Shown: one piece after another, positions 39,054 to 49,856 of the stretch
How the letters are laid out: every line of letters starts with the position of its first letter
How positions within the stretch are numbered: the first letter of the stretch is position 1
NCBI RefSeq assembly: GCF_037042905.1
Contig: NC_087250.1
Span: 10,790,001-10,854,000, forward strand
Direction of reading: 5' to 3'
Length of the DNA: 64,000 nt
Source of the DNA: Lytechinus pictus
Taxonomy: Eukaryota
Translations under genes and position numbers: made by a program
The notes under the pieces: model-generated
Told to the model about the DNA's origin: nothing
What the model saw: the letters and a program-made list of their open reading frames with translations, nothing else
Databases searched by the model: none

Positions 39054-40702
39054 GGTTACACTTCGTAATTCCGAAACACGTAAATTGCCTTTACCTCGAT
39101 GTTCGTTAATCCGAAAGCGAAAAAGAGTTCGTTAATCCGAACATTGTGGCGTTATTTCGAAGGTTCGATAATCCGAAAACGAAATAAGGTTCGTTGTTCC
39201 GAAGGTTCGTTAACCCGAAAACAAAATGAGGTTCGTTGTTCTGAAGGTTCGTTAATCCGAAAACGAAATAAGATTCGTTATTCCGAAGGTTTGTTAATCC
39301 GAAAACGAAATAAGGTACTTTATTCCGAAGGTTCGTTAATTCGAAAAATGAAAACCGGGAAAGCAGAGGAAGGGAAAGTGTGGTAGTGGAGGGGGAGAAT
39401 CGCCGTTGCTGTTCAATTGTTATGAGGATGGAAAGGCAAAGGCGGCCAAACGAATTTTTGTTTGGGGGCAAAGTAAAAAATGACACTCGTACGTCAAAAT
39501 GGGCACTTTGGTGATATTTTCACCATGAGATTATCATCTGCTTGAAGTCATTGTGTATTTTAAAGTAATTAAGCCTTTTTGAAGTGACTTCTGATTAGGG
39601 AAAGATGTATATTTAGGCTTTTTTTTCACGAGAGAGTATAATGAGCGAGCGGTTTGGAAAAAAATCAAAACTTAAGTTGTAAAACTCGTTTTGGGGGTCA
39701 ATTACTGTTAAAATGGCATTATTGCGAGGTGTTGCTAGCGAATCAAACGTTTGGAAATTTCATGTAGGCCTAATAATAATAATAATAATAATAATATTGG
39801 CATTATTTACCAAGGGAGGCCAATTCAGTTCTGAAAACTGTTCTCCTAGCGGGTCCTGCTATTAATTATCACCCCGGCTTTAGCTGGGCTGCCTAGGCGC
39901 CCAAGGAAGGCATTTAATGATTTTTTTCCCTACCGGGTACCCATTCATCTCACCTGGGTTGAGTGCAGCACAGTGTCGATAAATTTCTTGCTGAAGGAAA
40001 TTATGCCATGGCTGGGATTCGAACCTACGACCCTCTGTTTCATAGTCAAAAGACTATGATCACCTGGGCCACAACGCCCCACATAAAAAGTAAACAATCC
40101 GAGCATTTTTGTAATCATGAAGAAAGGATTAACATTGTTAACACTAGGCGTAACGATCAATAAAGTTTTATTAACATTGATATTCTTTATTTCCATTTTA
40201 TTATGATCATCGTTTAGATTATTCTGATCATCATTAGCATTATTTTTATATTTATTACTAGCAGAAGCTCATATTAAAAATGACATCCCCTCCAATACAA
40301 ATCCTATTATCTGGAGGTTACTCGCACGCGACCAACATAGGCAGCAATTGCTCAGATAAAATCAAAATTAAGACTATGCTTGATCCGGGCGCCTATTCTT
40401 AATGCAATATCTGCTTTGGCCACAGCACACACATGTATCATCGTTCGTTATTACTATTATTGCATAATATCCTGTTATCTTATAATGACAACACCATTCT
40501 TGTTACCAAAATGAGTTATTTTCATTTTCAGAAATACGAACCTTCGGATTAACGAACCTTCGGAATTACGAACCTCATTTAGTTTTCGGACTAACGAACC
40601 TTAGGAAATACGAACCTTCTGAAATACGAACCTCCGGAATAACGAACCTTCGGAATATCCGAACCTTCGGAATAACGAAGATTCAGAATCACAAATGTAT
40701 GC
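39054..40702. mobile_element. MULE-like non-autonomous element with a 9-bp TSD and tandem subterminal repeats
   Basis: aaataaaac duplicated at 39045-39053 and 40703-40711; gaaggttcgttaatccgaa arrays on the left, inverted cgaaccttcgga arrays on the right. Absent from the matching position in the right arm (~45330). Confidence 0.8.
39772..40080 (-). mobile_element. tRNA-derived SINE with a (TTA)n tail, nested in the MULE-like element
   Basis: Minus-strand head GGGGCGTTGTGGCCCAGGTG...GGTTCGAATCCC (A/B boxes); central ggtacccattcatctcacctggg segment resembling the Nin domain; microsatellite tail. Confidence 0.85.
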
Positions 40703-41759
40703 AAATAAAACAAAGGAAATGGCGTCATCCAAAACAAGAAACTCCAAAAGTATTAACGGCAAGCCCCAACAAGTACAAAACAAGACAATAGTTCAGAAAT
40801 GAAGGTTGTTTCGAAATTGAAACAGAAGAAAAGTAACGAAAGCGTTACGGGCCCTGGATGCGAGCCCTGGCTCTGGTCTTTCGGATGGTGGCATTATGTC
40901 TAAAGCTCGGTCAATTTCAAACGTGAATAATCATAATGTGAATAATACTTACCTGGAAATTACACCAACCATATACCTTGACACACACACACACTCATCC
41001 AAGTTTGTTGCCAAATTATTTTCCGAGAATTCAGGGCATACATGGACATGGACTTGTTACAGGGAAGAATGGTCAAGCACAAATGAAAACTTGCCCATTA
41101 TATATGAACTCATAGAGCGTAACGCTAGGGAGATACATTGAAAAGAAAACCGAATATAGATTTGTATAACATTACCATAAAAAACCATGTTGTCATGCAT
41201 CTTGTAGAGAACTGGCACGCGTATTATGTAATAGCTCTTTACTCTTGTTTGAATTGTCATGTATGTGAACCTGACTATTATATCAAACAGATCGATAAAA
41301 CGAACGGATGGTATATTTCGACAAATAATCAACGATTCTCATATATCTTTAACTTCCTTTTTTCATCATTTTTTTCATTCTAAAATTCGATTAAGAATTT
41401 ATTTCTATTTCTACTTTCCCTTCTTTGGTGCATATTTTTCTTTCACCAGAGACACATTGATCGTTGATATATTTTGTCAGACTTCCGCCGCGTCATATCT
41501 TAAGTTTCTCCAATTTAATTCATTCGTTAAAGTTTCTTCGGTTTCTTCACTTAATTTTCTTCATTCCTTCCATTTCTTCATATCCTTTCTTCATTTCTTT
41601 CATTTTTTTTCATTTCTTCATATTCTTTCATTTCTCCATTTTCTTTATTTTCTCCATTTTCTTTCATCTCTCAATTTTCTTCATTTTCGTCAACCATTCC
41701 GTCAAATCAACATAACACCACACCATAATTTCACCAATCTATCATACTATCATTTAAAC

Positions 41760-42570
41760 ATTTCATCAAATCGTCATACCATCGTATCGCCATTTCGTCA
41801 TATCGCCATTTCAGCATCCCGTCATATCACCAACCCGTCATTCCGTCATACCGCCATTTCAGCTTCCCGCCATTTACCATTCCGCCATTCCGTCATGACA
41901 TCACACCGTAATTTCGTCATACCACCATTTCACCATCCTGTCATATCCCCATCCCATCGTTCCGTCATACCACCATTTCACCATCAACAACCCATCATTC
42001 CATCATACTACCATTTAGCCATCCCGTCATATCACCAACCCATCATTCCGTCATACCGCCATTTCAGCTTCCTGCCAATTACCATTCCGCCATTCCGTCA
42101 TGACACCACACCGTCATTTCGTCATACCACCATTTTTACCATCCTGTAATATCCCCAACCCATCGTTCCGTCATACCATCATTTCACCATCCCGTCATAT
42201 CGCCAACCCATCATTCCATCATACTACCATTTAATCATCCCGTCATATCACCAACCCATCATTCCGTCATACCACCATTTCACCATCCCGTCATATCACC
42301 AACCCATCATTCCGTCATACCACCATTTCACCATCCCGTCATATCACTAACCCGTCATTCCGTCATACGATCATTTCAGCATCCCGCCATTTTACCATTC
42401 CGCCATTTCACCATCCCATCATGTTGTAATTTCGTCATACCACCATTTCACCATCTCGGCATACCGCCAATACACGAGCCCATCTTTCTGTCATGATATC
42501 AAACCGTCATTTCGTCATATCACAACTTCACCATTCCGCCATTCCGTCATGACTTCATACCGTCATTGCA
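41760..42570 (+). repeat. 48-bp minisatellite (ccgtcatatcaccaacccatcattccgtcataccaccatttcaccatc)
   Basis: Visible tandem units. Confidence 0.9.
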
Positions 42571-42730
42571 CCATGCTGGCAGTTGCACGGGGTCAGCGGC
42601 GCAGTAGAAATAATGCGAGGTCACTATGCGGTGTTCGATATGAAACTTGACATTGGAAAGTTAAAATGCAATAAAAGGGAAAAATTATGTTTTATTTCAT
42701 CATTTGCAAGTTTGAATCCATTGGGTCAAC

Positions 42731-43374
42731 ATGAATACTCGCGATACAGTAAAGCGTTACTGTTATTCAATGTGTAAAAAGTCTAAAAGTCGAAACTACG
42801 ATTTAAAGTGGCATCAAAGAGATGCACACCCTGAAATGGAAGATGATGGAGATGTGACCGATTACACTGAAGATTCTAGCGTTGTTGGAGGAGAAAGTGG
42901 CGACGAAAACACTGAAACAAGTGATTATGAAACAGAGAAAGGAGAAGAAAATTAAACAAAATACAGAGATCCTTGAAGGAGACGAACCAGCAGACAACCT
43001 GGCTTATCAAAAATGGTACAAAGAAGCGCTGTCAGCTACAGACCAACTAAGGGATGAAAAGTGCCATAAATATATATCCAAGGGTATTCGTGGTGACGAA
43101 GCTAAATAAAAGGCTCATGCGAAAGTACTATGGGCTATTAAACGCATATTTTTCGAACGCTACTCCAATTTCTTAAGGATTAACTTTATTTCTTGAAGAA
43201 GACCAAACCAATCAGGAAATTATATCTGATGTCAAAGAAAAAGTAGAAAAGGGTATTGATGTACGGAAAGCAATTCAAAGAGTCCTAGCCAGACATGGGA
43301 CAAAATTCGGCGGACTGTTCCAATATCAACCTGAAGATGATGCCGATGGTGATGAAGATATGGAAGGGACTTAA
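42731..43374 (+). pseudogene. Intronless decayed gene: N-terminal zinc finger, acidic tract and helical domain (Maverick/Polinton accessory-gene-like)
   Basis: YCYSMCKKSKSRNYDLKWHQRDAH, acidic run, then DNLAYQKWYKEAL...KAHAKVLWAIKRIFF...QEIISDVKEKVEKGIDVRKAIQRVLARHGTKFGGLFQY; two frameshifts and in-frame stops. Family assignment is from memory, not a search. Confidence 0.55.
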
Positions 43375-44029
43375 GAAAGCGGTAACTTAGACCAGCACAT
43401 AGAGGAACTCCTTATAAATCACAAATCCAAGTGATAAATGCAATTTGTTTCAATCGTATTTCAAAATACATAACTTCTTACATTATCTCCGACTCAAAAT
43501 TATGTTATACAGATAATAATAATGAAGAAGTAATGCTCTTATCATATGTATTTAGCAGCATATATATTTTGTATTTAATAATTTTTTTATTTACTTTTAT
43601 TTCGACAGGGTAGCCCCATCAATAATTTACATACTGTTATACAAGGGGGCGCTGCATAATATAAAAACAAATCGTTGCATGTAAAAAAAATGTGTTAACA
43701 TAAAGGAAAATCATAATGAATATTTCACACACAAAAACCATAATAAATAATGGGTGGTATAATTTACATCAAACATTTAAATTGGAATAATAAAACATCT
43801 GATACATCAACAATTTTATTGTATTTTACAGGAGTATATCATATTTTCATCGCCAACCTGCGTGAGATTTGGTCTACCCCTGTGTCATGAAAAAAAGAAA
43901 CAACACCCCCAAATATGTTGATATAATGTCGAAATGATGAGAAAAATCAATTTGTCGGCATAACGGATTTTCATGTGTTGGTATGACGAGTTTTAATGTT
44001 GGCATGACGTTGGTATGGCGTCCTATGGG

Positions 44030-44560
44030 TTGAAATGGCAGTATGACGGGATGCTGAAATGGCGGTACGACGAAATGATGGGTTGGTGATATGACGGGAT
44101 GGTGAAATGGCGGTATGACGGAATGAGGGGTTGATGATATGACGGGATGGTGAAATGGCGGTATGACGGAATGATGGGTTGGTGATATGACGGGATGGTG
44201 AAATGGCGGTATGACGGAATGAGGGGTTGGTGATATGACGGGATGGTGAAATGGCGGTATGACGGAATGATGGGTTGGTGATATGACGGGATGGTGAAAT
44301 GGCGGTATGACAGAATGATGGGTTCGTGATATGACGGGATGGTGAAATGGCGGTATGACAAAATGATAGGTTGGTGATATGACGGGATGGTGAAATGGCG
44401 GTATGACGGAATGATGAGTTGGTGATATGACGGGATGGTGAAATAGTGGTATGACGAAATGACGCAACGGCGGAATGGTAAAATGGCGGGAAGCTGAAAT
44501 GGCGGTATGACGGAATGATGGGTTGGTGATATGACGGGATTGTAAAATGGTGGTATGACT
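44030..44560 (-). repeat. Same 48-bp minisatellite in inverted orientation
   Basis: tatgacgggatggtgaaatggcggtatgacggaatgatgggttggtga units; source of the 16-aa periodic ORFs in the track. Confidence 0.9.
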
Positions 44561-45964
44561 ATACGTACCACTTTACTAAAGTTGTACGTATAGTCACATA
44601 ACTAATCCCTATCGTTCTAAACAATATAAATATGAATTATGAAATATTCTATTGTTCTAAAAAGTATAGTCACATAACTAATCCATATTGTTCTAAACAA
44701 TAGAAATATCGAATTTTAGAATGAACAAAGTGATGAAAAAAATAGGTTAAAGAAGTATGAGAATCGTTGATTATTAGTCGAAATATACCATCCGCTCATT
44801 TTATCGATCTATTGCATAATACGCGTGACTGTTCTCCACAAGATGCATGACACCATGGTTTTTTATGGTAATGTTATACAAAGTGATATTCGGTTTTCAT
44901 TTCAATGTATCTCCCTAGCGTTACGCTCTATGAGTTCCTATATAATGGGCAAATTTTCATTTGTGCTTGACCATTCTTTCCTGTAACAAGTCCATGTCCA
45001 TGTATGCCCTGAAATCTCGGAAAATAATTTGACAACGAGCTTAGATGAGTGTGTGTCAAGGTATATGGTTGGTGTTATTTCCAGATAAGTATTATTCACA
45101 TTATGATTATTCACGTTTTAAATTGACCGAGCTTTAGGCTTAATGCCACCATCCGAAAGACTCGAGCCAGGGCTCGTATCCAGGGTCATTGGTGCTTTCT
45201 CTACTTTTCTTCTGTTTCTTCTGTTTTAATTTCGAAACAACATTCATTTGTGAACTATTTTCTGGTTTTGTTCTTGTTGGGGCTTGTAGTTAAAACTTTT
45301 GGAGTTTCTTGTTTTGGATGACGTAATTTCATTTTTTCCTTCACTTTTCTCTCGTTTTGCCCTTGTCGAGGCTTGCCGCCAATTCTGTTGTTCTACTTTG
45401 TTTTGGAAGTCGTCATCATGTTTCACAATCCAATGACGTCATTTGTTCCTCAGTCCGTGACGTCATTGTCACGTGTTTATTATTGATCCATAATTTCATA
45501 ATAATCGATTCATATATCATATTTCATAATTAATGATCCATTTATCATATTTCATACATTTCAATCACATTTCATAATTCATAATCATATTTCATATTAT
45601 TTGATCCATATTTCATAACTTTATTAATATTTCATATTCTATTGTTTAGAACAAAAAATACTTCATAATTCATATTTCTATTGTTTAGAACAATAGGGAT
45701 TAGTTATGTGATTATACGTACCACTTTACTACTCGTGCATATTATTGACATATTTTCACAATGTTGACATTGCGATTTTAATTATTACATATTATCGTTA
45801 TTATTACTTTAACTGATGCCTGTAAGAATATGTATCCCATTAGATGTTTTTTAAAGCATAGAGATATATACTAATAACGCTAGATGGCGTACTTTGTCAA
45901 ATCTATGTGATTACGCGGAGACCGGCCGCCATTATACTCGATAGGTCTTAACAGCCTACCATGC

Positions 45965-46492
45965 CATCCTATTTCACTATTGAATAATGATTATACAATT
46001 TTGGCTAAGATCATTTCATTTAGGTTAAAAACAAGTATTAGACCCAATTATTCATGAAGATCAGTGTGGCTTCTTAAAAGGCCGTTACATCAGCGAGAAT
46101 ATTAGACTGTTTATTGACACAATGGATTATTGTAAATATAGAAATATACCGGGTGTTGCACTCTGTATAGATTTCGAAAAAGCATTCGACATGGTTGATT
46201 GGAAGTTTTTGTATACAGTATTACGTATGTTTGATTTTAAAGAATGTTTTGTACGTTGGGTACAATTGTTATACTCTAACATTGAAGGATGTGTTATCAA
46301 TAACGGATTCTCCTCAAACCCTTTTCCAATAAAGCAAGGAGTAAGACAGGGGTGCCCCCTCTCTCCCTATCTTTTTCTTTTGGTAGTAGAAATTCTAGGT
46401 ATAATGATTCGTCAACATAAGAATATAAAAGGAATCTCCATAGAAAATAATGAATTAAAATTAAGCCAATATGCAGACGATACTGTGATTTT
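45965..46492 (+). mobile_element. L1/Tx1-clade LINE reverse transcriptase fragment
   Basis: PISLLNNDY, DQCGFLKGR, IDFEKAFD, GVRQGCPLSPYLF and YADD motifs; truncated at both ends. Confidence 0.92.
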
Positions 46493-47981
46493 CTCCATCC
46501 CGCCTGCCATGCACGATATGGGGCATGTATACGGATGAGCACAGAACAGAAACAAATTTATGACATATGAGCGCGAAAGCAAATGGAAAAGCAAAATTGT
46601 AAAATAAAGTTCAAATTAACAAAGAATCTATCAAAACTAAGTCAAAACTGCCTATATAGTCCTATAGGGCATAATATATCCTACAAATGATACAGTCCAA
46701 CGATATACATCCCCAATCGTTTTTGCTTCGGTCATAAAATGTCGATGTATTATAAATATGACTTTTATTTTCTGATGATTTGGAAGGGATGAATATTAAA
46801 AATAACATGCAGGCCTTGGCAAATCGTTCTAGGTCCTGCAAATTTAACATGATCTGGTATTCAAGTTGACCTCATAAATTTCATAGGCCCTTTCACAGTG
46901 TCTGATGCATCCGAGACACAAGGTATCGAAAAAAACACGATTGCATTTTTTTTTCAAGTATAGTTTCCAAATTACTATGATGCTGATTGCTGGTAATTTA
47001 TTTCTTTACTTTTGATAAATTTTATAATTTATTTTCAATATAGATCTACACATATAAATCATATATAGAAAAGGGCCTAACTCCTTATCATGGTTTTAAA
47101 CGTCGATGTAACCAACATCACAATAACTCGTCATAAATGACCTTTATTGATAATATTTGAAAATGATTTATGCATTGGTCCAGTTAATTGATAAGTTTAT
47201 GACTTAAATTTCAAATGCTGTCAACCATCTGGTCATATTGATTACTTAAACGTGTGAGCAATTTAGAAATGTTTGTTGGCAGTAAAATTTACATATCAAA
47301 TGCGCGCATGCAGTAGTACAATTTTACAATGTAAAAGAGGCCTAGCAATGGGGTAAAGTGCAGGATGTTTACAGGGTATTATTGACTTGCAAACATTTCA
47401 ATATTTCGGAGAGTAAACAAATTACAATGCGTGTTTGACGCAACATAGAACAATTTCACTTTGATTTTCTGGAAAGTCTAAACTTGATTCACTCCGGCTG
47501 AAATACTATGCAGATCGGCAAACCGGCTGAAATATTCTGTTGATATAATTATGGCCGGCGTTTGTGATCCTATAATGATTGGACCAATATTATGTGAACA
47601 AATCAAGGATAGAATAATAAGAAAGAGAGGAATAAGGAGGAGGAGGATGATAAGAGAAGAAAAAGGGTGGGAAGACTGAGGATATTTGTATTATACTACA
47701 AATATTATTATTACTAAAACTGAGTGTATAAAACCAATTGATAACGATATCATGAAAGAGATTCATAAATGCAAACTTAATAAACTTATCATATAAAAAC
47801 GGTTGCAAAATTGTGAGTACTAAAACTGAACATAATATTATTTGAAGATTGAAAAACTGAAAAAACTTGGATTGCATTGTTAATACTTCCGTAATGTTGC
47901 ACTACTGACGACGGCATGGGGTGGCAATTTGGTGGCAATGGTGACGAATAAATCATACCTGTTCAACTGCAGCTAACTTAC

Positions 47982-48092
47982 CTCATTTGCTCGTGCATAA
48001 CGGTTGTCAAACAATCGAATTGGCCACATGACTTGCTTGCTATAAGGTCTCGATTCGATGAGTTCCTTCAGGACTTTTTCTTTGGAGGCAAC
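47982..48092 (-). CDS. ROCO (Roc-COR-death domain) gene, first exon found in the window: C-terminal end of Roc domain (VASKEKVLKELIESRPYSKQVMWPIRLFDNRYARANE)
   Basis: Acceptor ttcacttctacacag|GTT and donor GAG|gtaagt; 111 nt, phase 0-0. The 'RPY..qV....lFDN' pattern resembles the end of invertebrate Roc domains. Joins in frame to the exon ending at 38076. Confidence 0.75.
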
Positions 48093-48149
48093 CTGTGTAG
48101 AAGTGAAAGTTTAATTTGACATTGCTAAAGAATATATGTACATGTATAT

Positions 48150-49413
48150 ATATTGTGAAACAAATGGCTGAAGAGAACAATGGTAGGCGTAGCTTAAATC
48201 AAGGTTCTCAGAGCTATCTGCCCTTTGGAAAATTTGGTGATGCCAAAAATATCTCTGCCAAGAATCGAAACCGGGTGCCCAGCTTGGAACACCGGTGCCT
48301 TAACCACAAGACCACATAGACGGGTAAGTGGCAAGGGCGACCCCAAACAGATTGACCGTCAGATAAACAGATTTTCGACCCTATACCAATGATAATTTTC
48401 TTTGTCGGGTGTAGGTGGGTTTTAAACAATAACAAGCTGCCATGCCTCAGCTGGATCAAAGCTATTGCTTAGATATATATTACACGTATGGGGAAAATTA
48501 TACAAATGTGAAATTTTTTCATGTATAATAGCTTTTGTAACTCTTTTATTTAAATATTTTGTGAAAGAAATGAATGAAGAGCTTAAATAAAGGTTCCCCA
48601 GAGCATTCTCCCCTTTGATAAAATTGGTGACCCCAAAAAGTATCTGCCGGGAATCGAACCCGGGCCCCCAGCTTGGAACACCGGTGCCTTAACCACTAGA
48701 CAACAGAGACGGGTAAGGGCGACCCCGATCCGATTGACCGTCAGATAAACAGATTTTCGACACTTTACAAAATATACTTTCTTTTGTCTGGTGTAGGTGG
48801 GTTCTAAGCAATGACAAGCCGCCATGTCTCGGCTGGATCAAAGCTATTGCTTAGATACAATACACGAACAGGAGAAATTGCACAAATGTGATAAATTATA
48901 CATGTACACCAGCTTTGGCAACTATTTTATTTAAATATTTTGTGAAAGAAATGGATAAAGAGAACAATGGCAGGCGTACATGTAGCTTAAATAAAGGTTC
49001 CCCAGGGCTTTCTGCCCCTTGGAAAAATTGGTGATGCCGAAAAAATGTCTCTGCAGGGAAACGAACCCCCCCCCCCCCCAAGCTTAGAACACCGGTGGCT
49101 TAAGCACTAGACCACAGAGACGGGTTAGTGGCAAGGGCGACACCGATCCGATTGACCGTCAGATAAAAAGATTTTCGACACTATACATATACCAATTATA
49201 ATTTCCTTTGTTGGGTGTAGTTGGGATTTGAACAATGACAAGCTGCCATGCCTCAACTGGATCAAGGCTATCGCTAAGGTAGTGTACACGTATGGATGAA
49301 ATGATTCATGTAGAACAGCTTTGGCAACTCTTTTAAATAATTTAATTTTTTTAATCATTTAAACATTTTGTGATAGAAATGAATGAAGAGAACAATCGTA
49401 GGCTAAGCTTAAA
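48150..49413 (-). repeat. tRNA-containing satellite, array 2 (about 3.3 units; tRNA-like copies at 48250-48321, 48639-48710, 49046-49121)
   Basis: gattgaccgtcagata recurs at ~48349, ~48732 and ~49150; each unit has the cloverleaf with anticodon position TCC, TCC or TCT. Confidence 0.9.
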
Positions 49414-49856
49414 TGATTCAGTATACATATATTCTTTTTTTTGTCACATCATGGGCACTGACGAAGAGTGTGACTTTACCTTTCATTTTTTAGAGCTATG
49501 CTCCTTTTAAAATCTATGATTTTATTTCTACGGCATTTACTATACCATTTATGATTATTTTATATATATATATATATATATATCCCCACAACGCGCGCGC
49601 TGACGTGTTCGTGAAAACGTCGCGTACCGTGTAAACCATTTTTTTCGTTTTCACGAACCCGGCCAGTAGTTTGGAATGAACTTCCTTCTAAAATTTACAT
49701 CTGAGATTAAAAATATTTATATTGGCATGAAAAAGGTACGTTTTATACCAAAAATTACAGTTTGAGTGAATGAAAGTTTTCAAACGCGTTCTTCTCGAAA
49801 CTTACCTTTTTTCTTTGCGCGCTGTTGGCCGATTTCGTGAAATCGGTGACGATATA

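Larger units (their letters stand above)
38568..45829. mobile_element. ~7.3-kb inverted-repeat structure, probable Maverick/Polinton remnant
   Basis: 38568-39053 plus 40703-41390 is the diverged reverse complement of 44708-45829. Both sides carry inverted 48-bp minisatellites. AGTAGT-like ends (aatagtaaagtggtacg at 38649; cgtaccactttactact ending 45733). Intronless decayed ORFs inside. Confidence 0.6.

Noticed and set aside
41259..42149. Longest ORF in the track (296 aa)
   Set aside because: It reads through a pyrimidine-rich tract and the 48-bp minisatellite; the low-complexity F/H/S/P content is a repeat artefact.
43874..44571. His/Pro-rich periodic ORFs (197 and 182 aa)
   Set aside because: Translations of the 48-bp minisatellite, which is open in several frames.
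13185..48092. Naming the gene DAPK1, LRRK or MFHAS1
   Set aside because: No kinase, ankyrin or LRR exons are visible and orthology cannot be judged from the COR and death domains alone, so no symbol is assigned.
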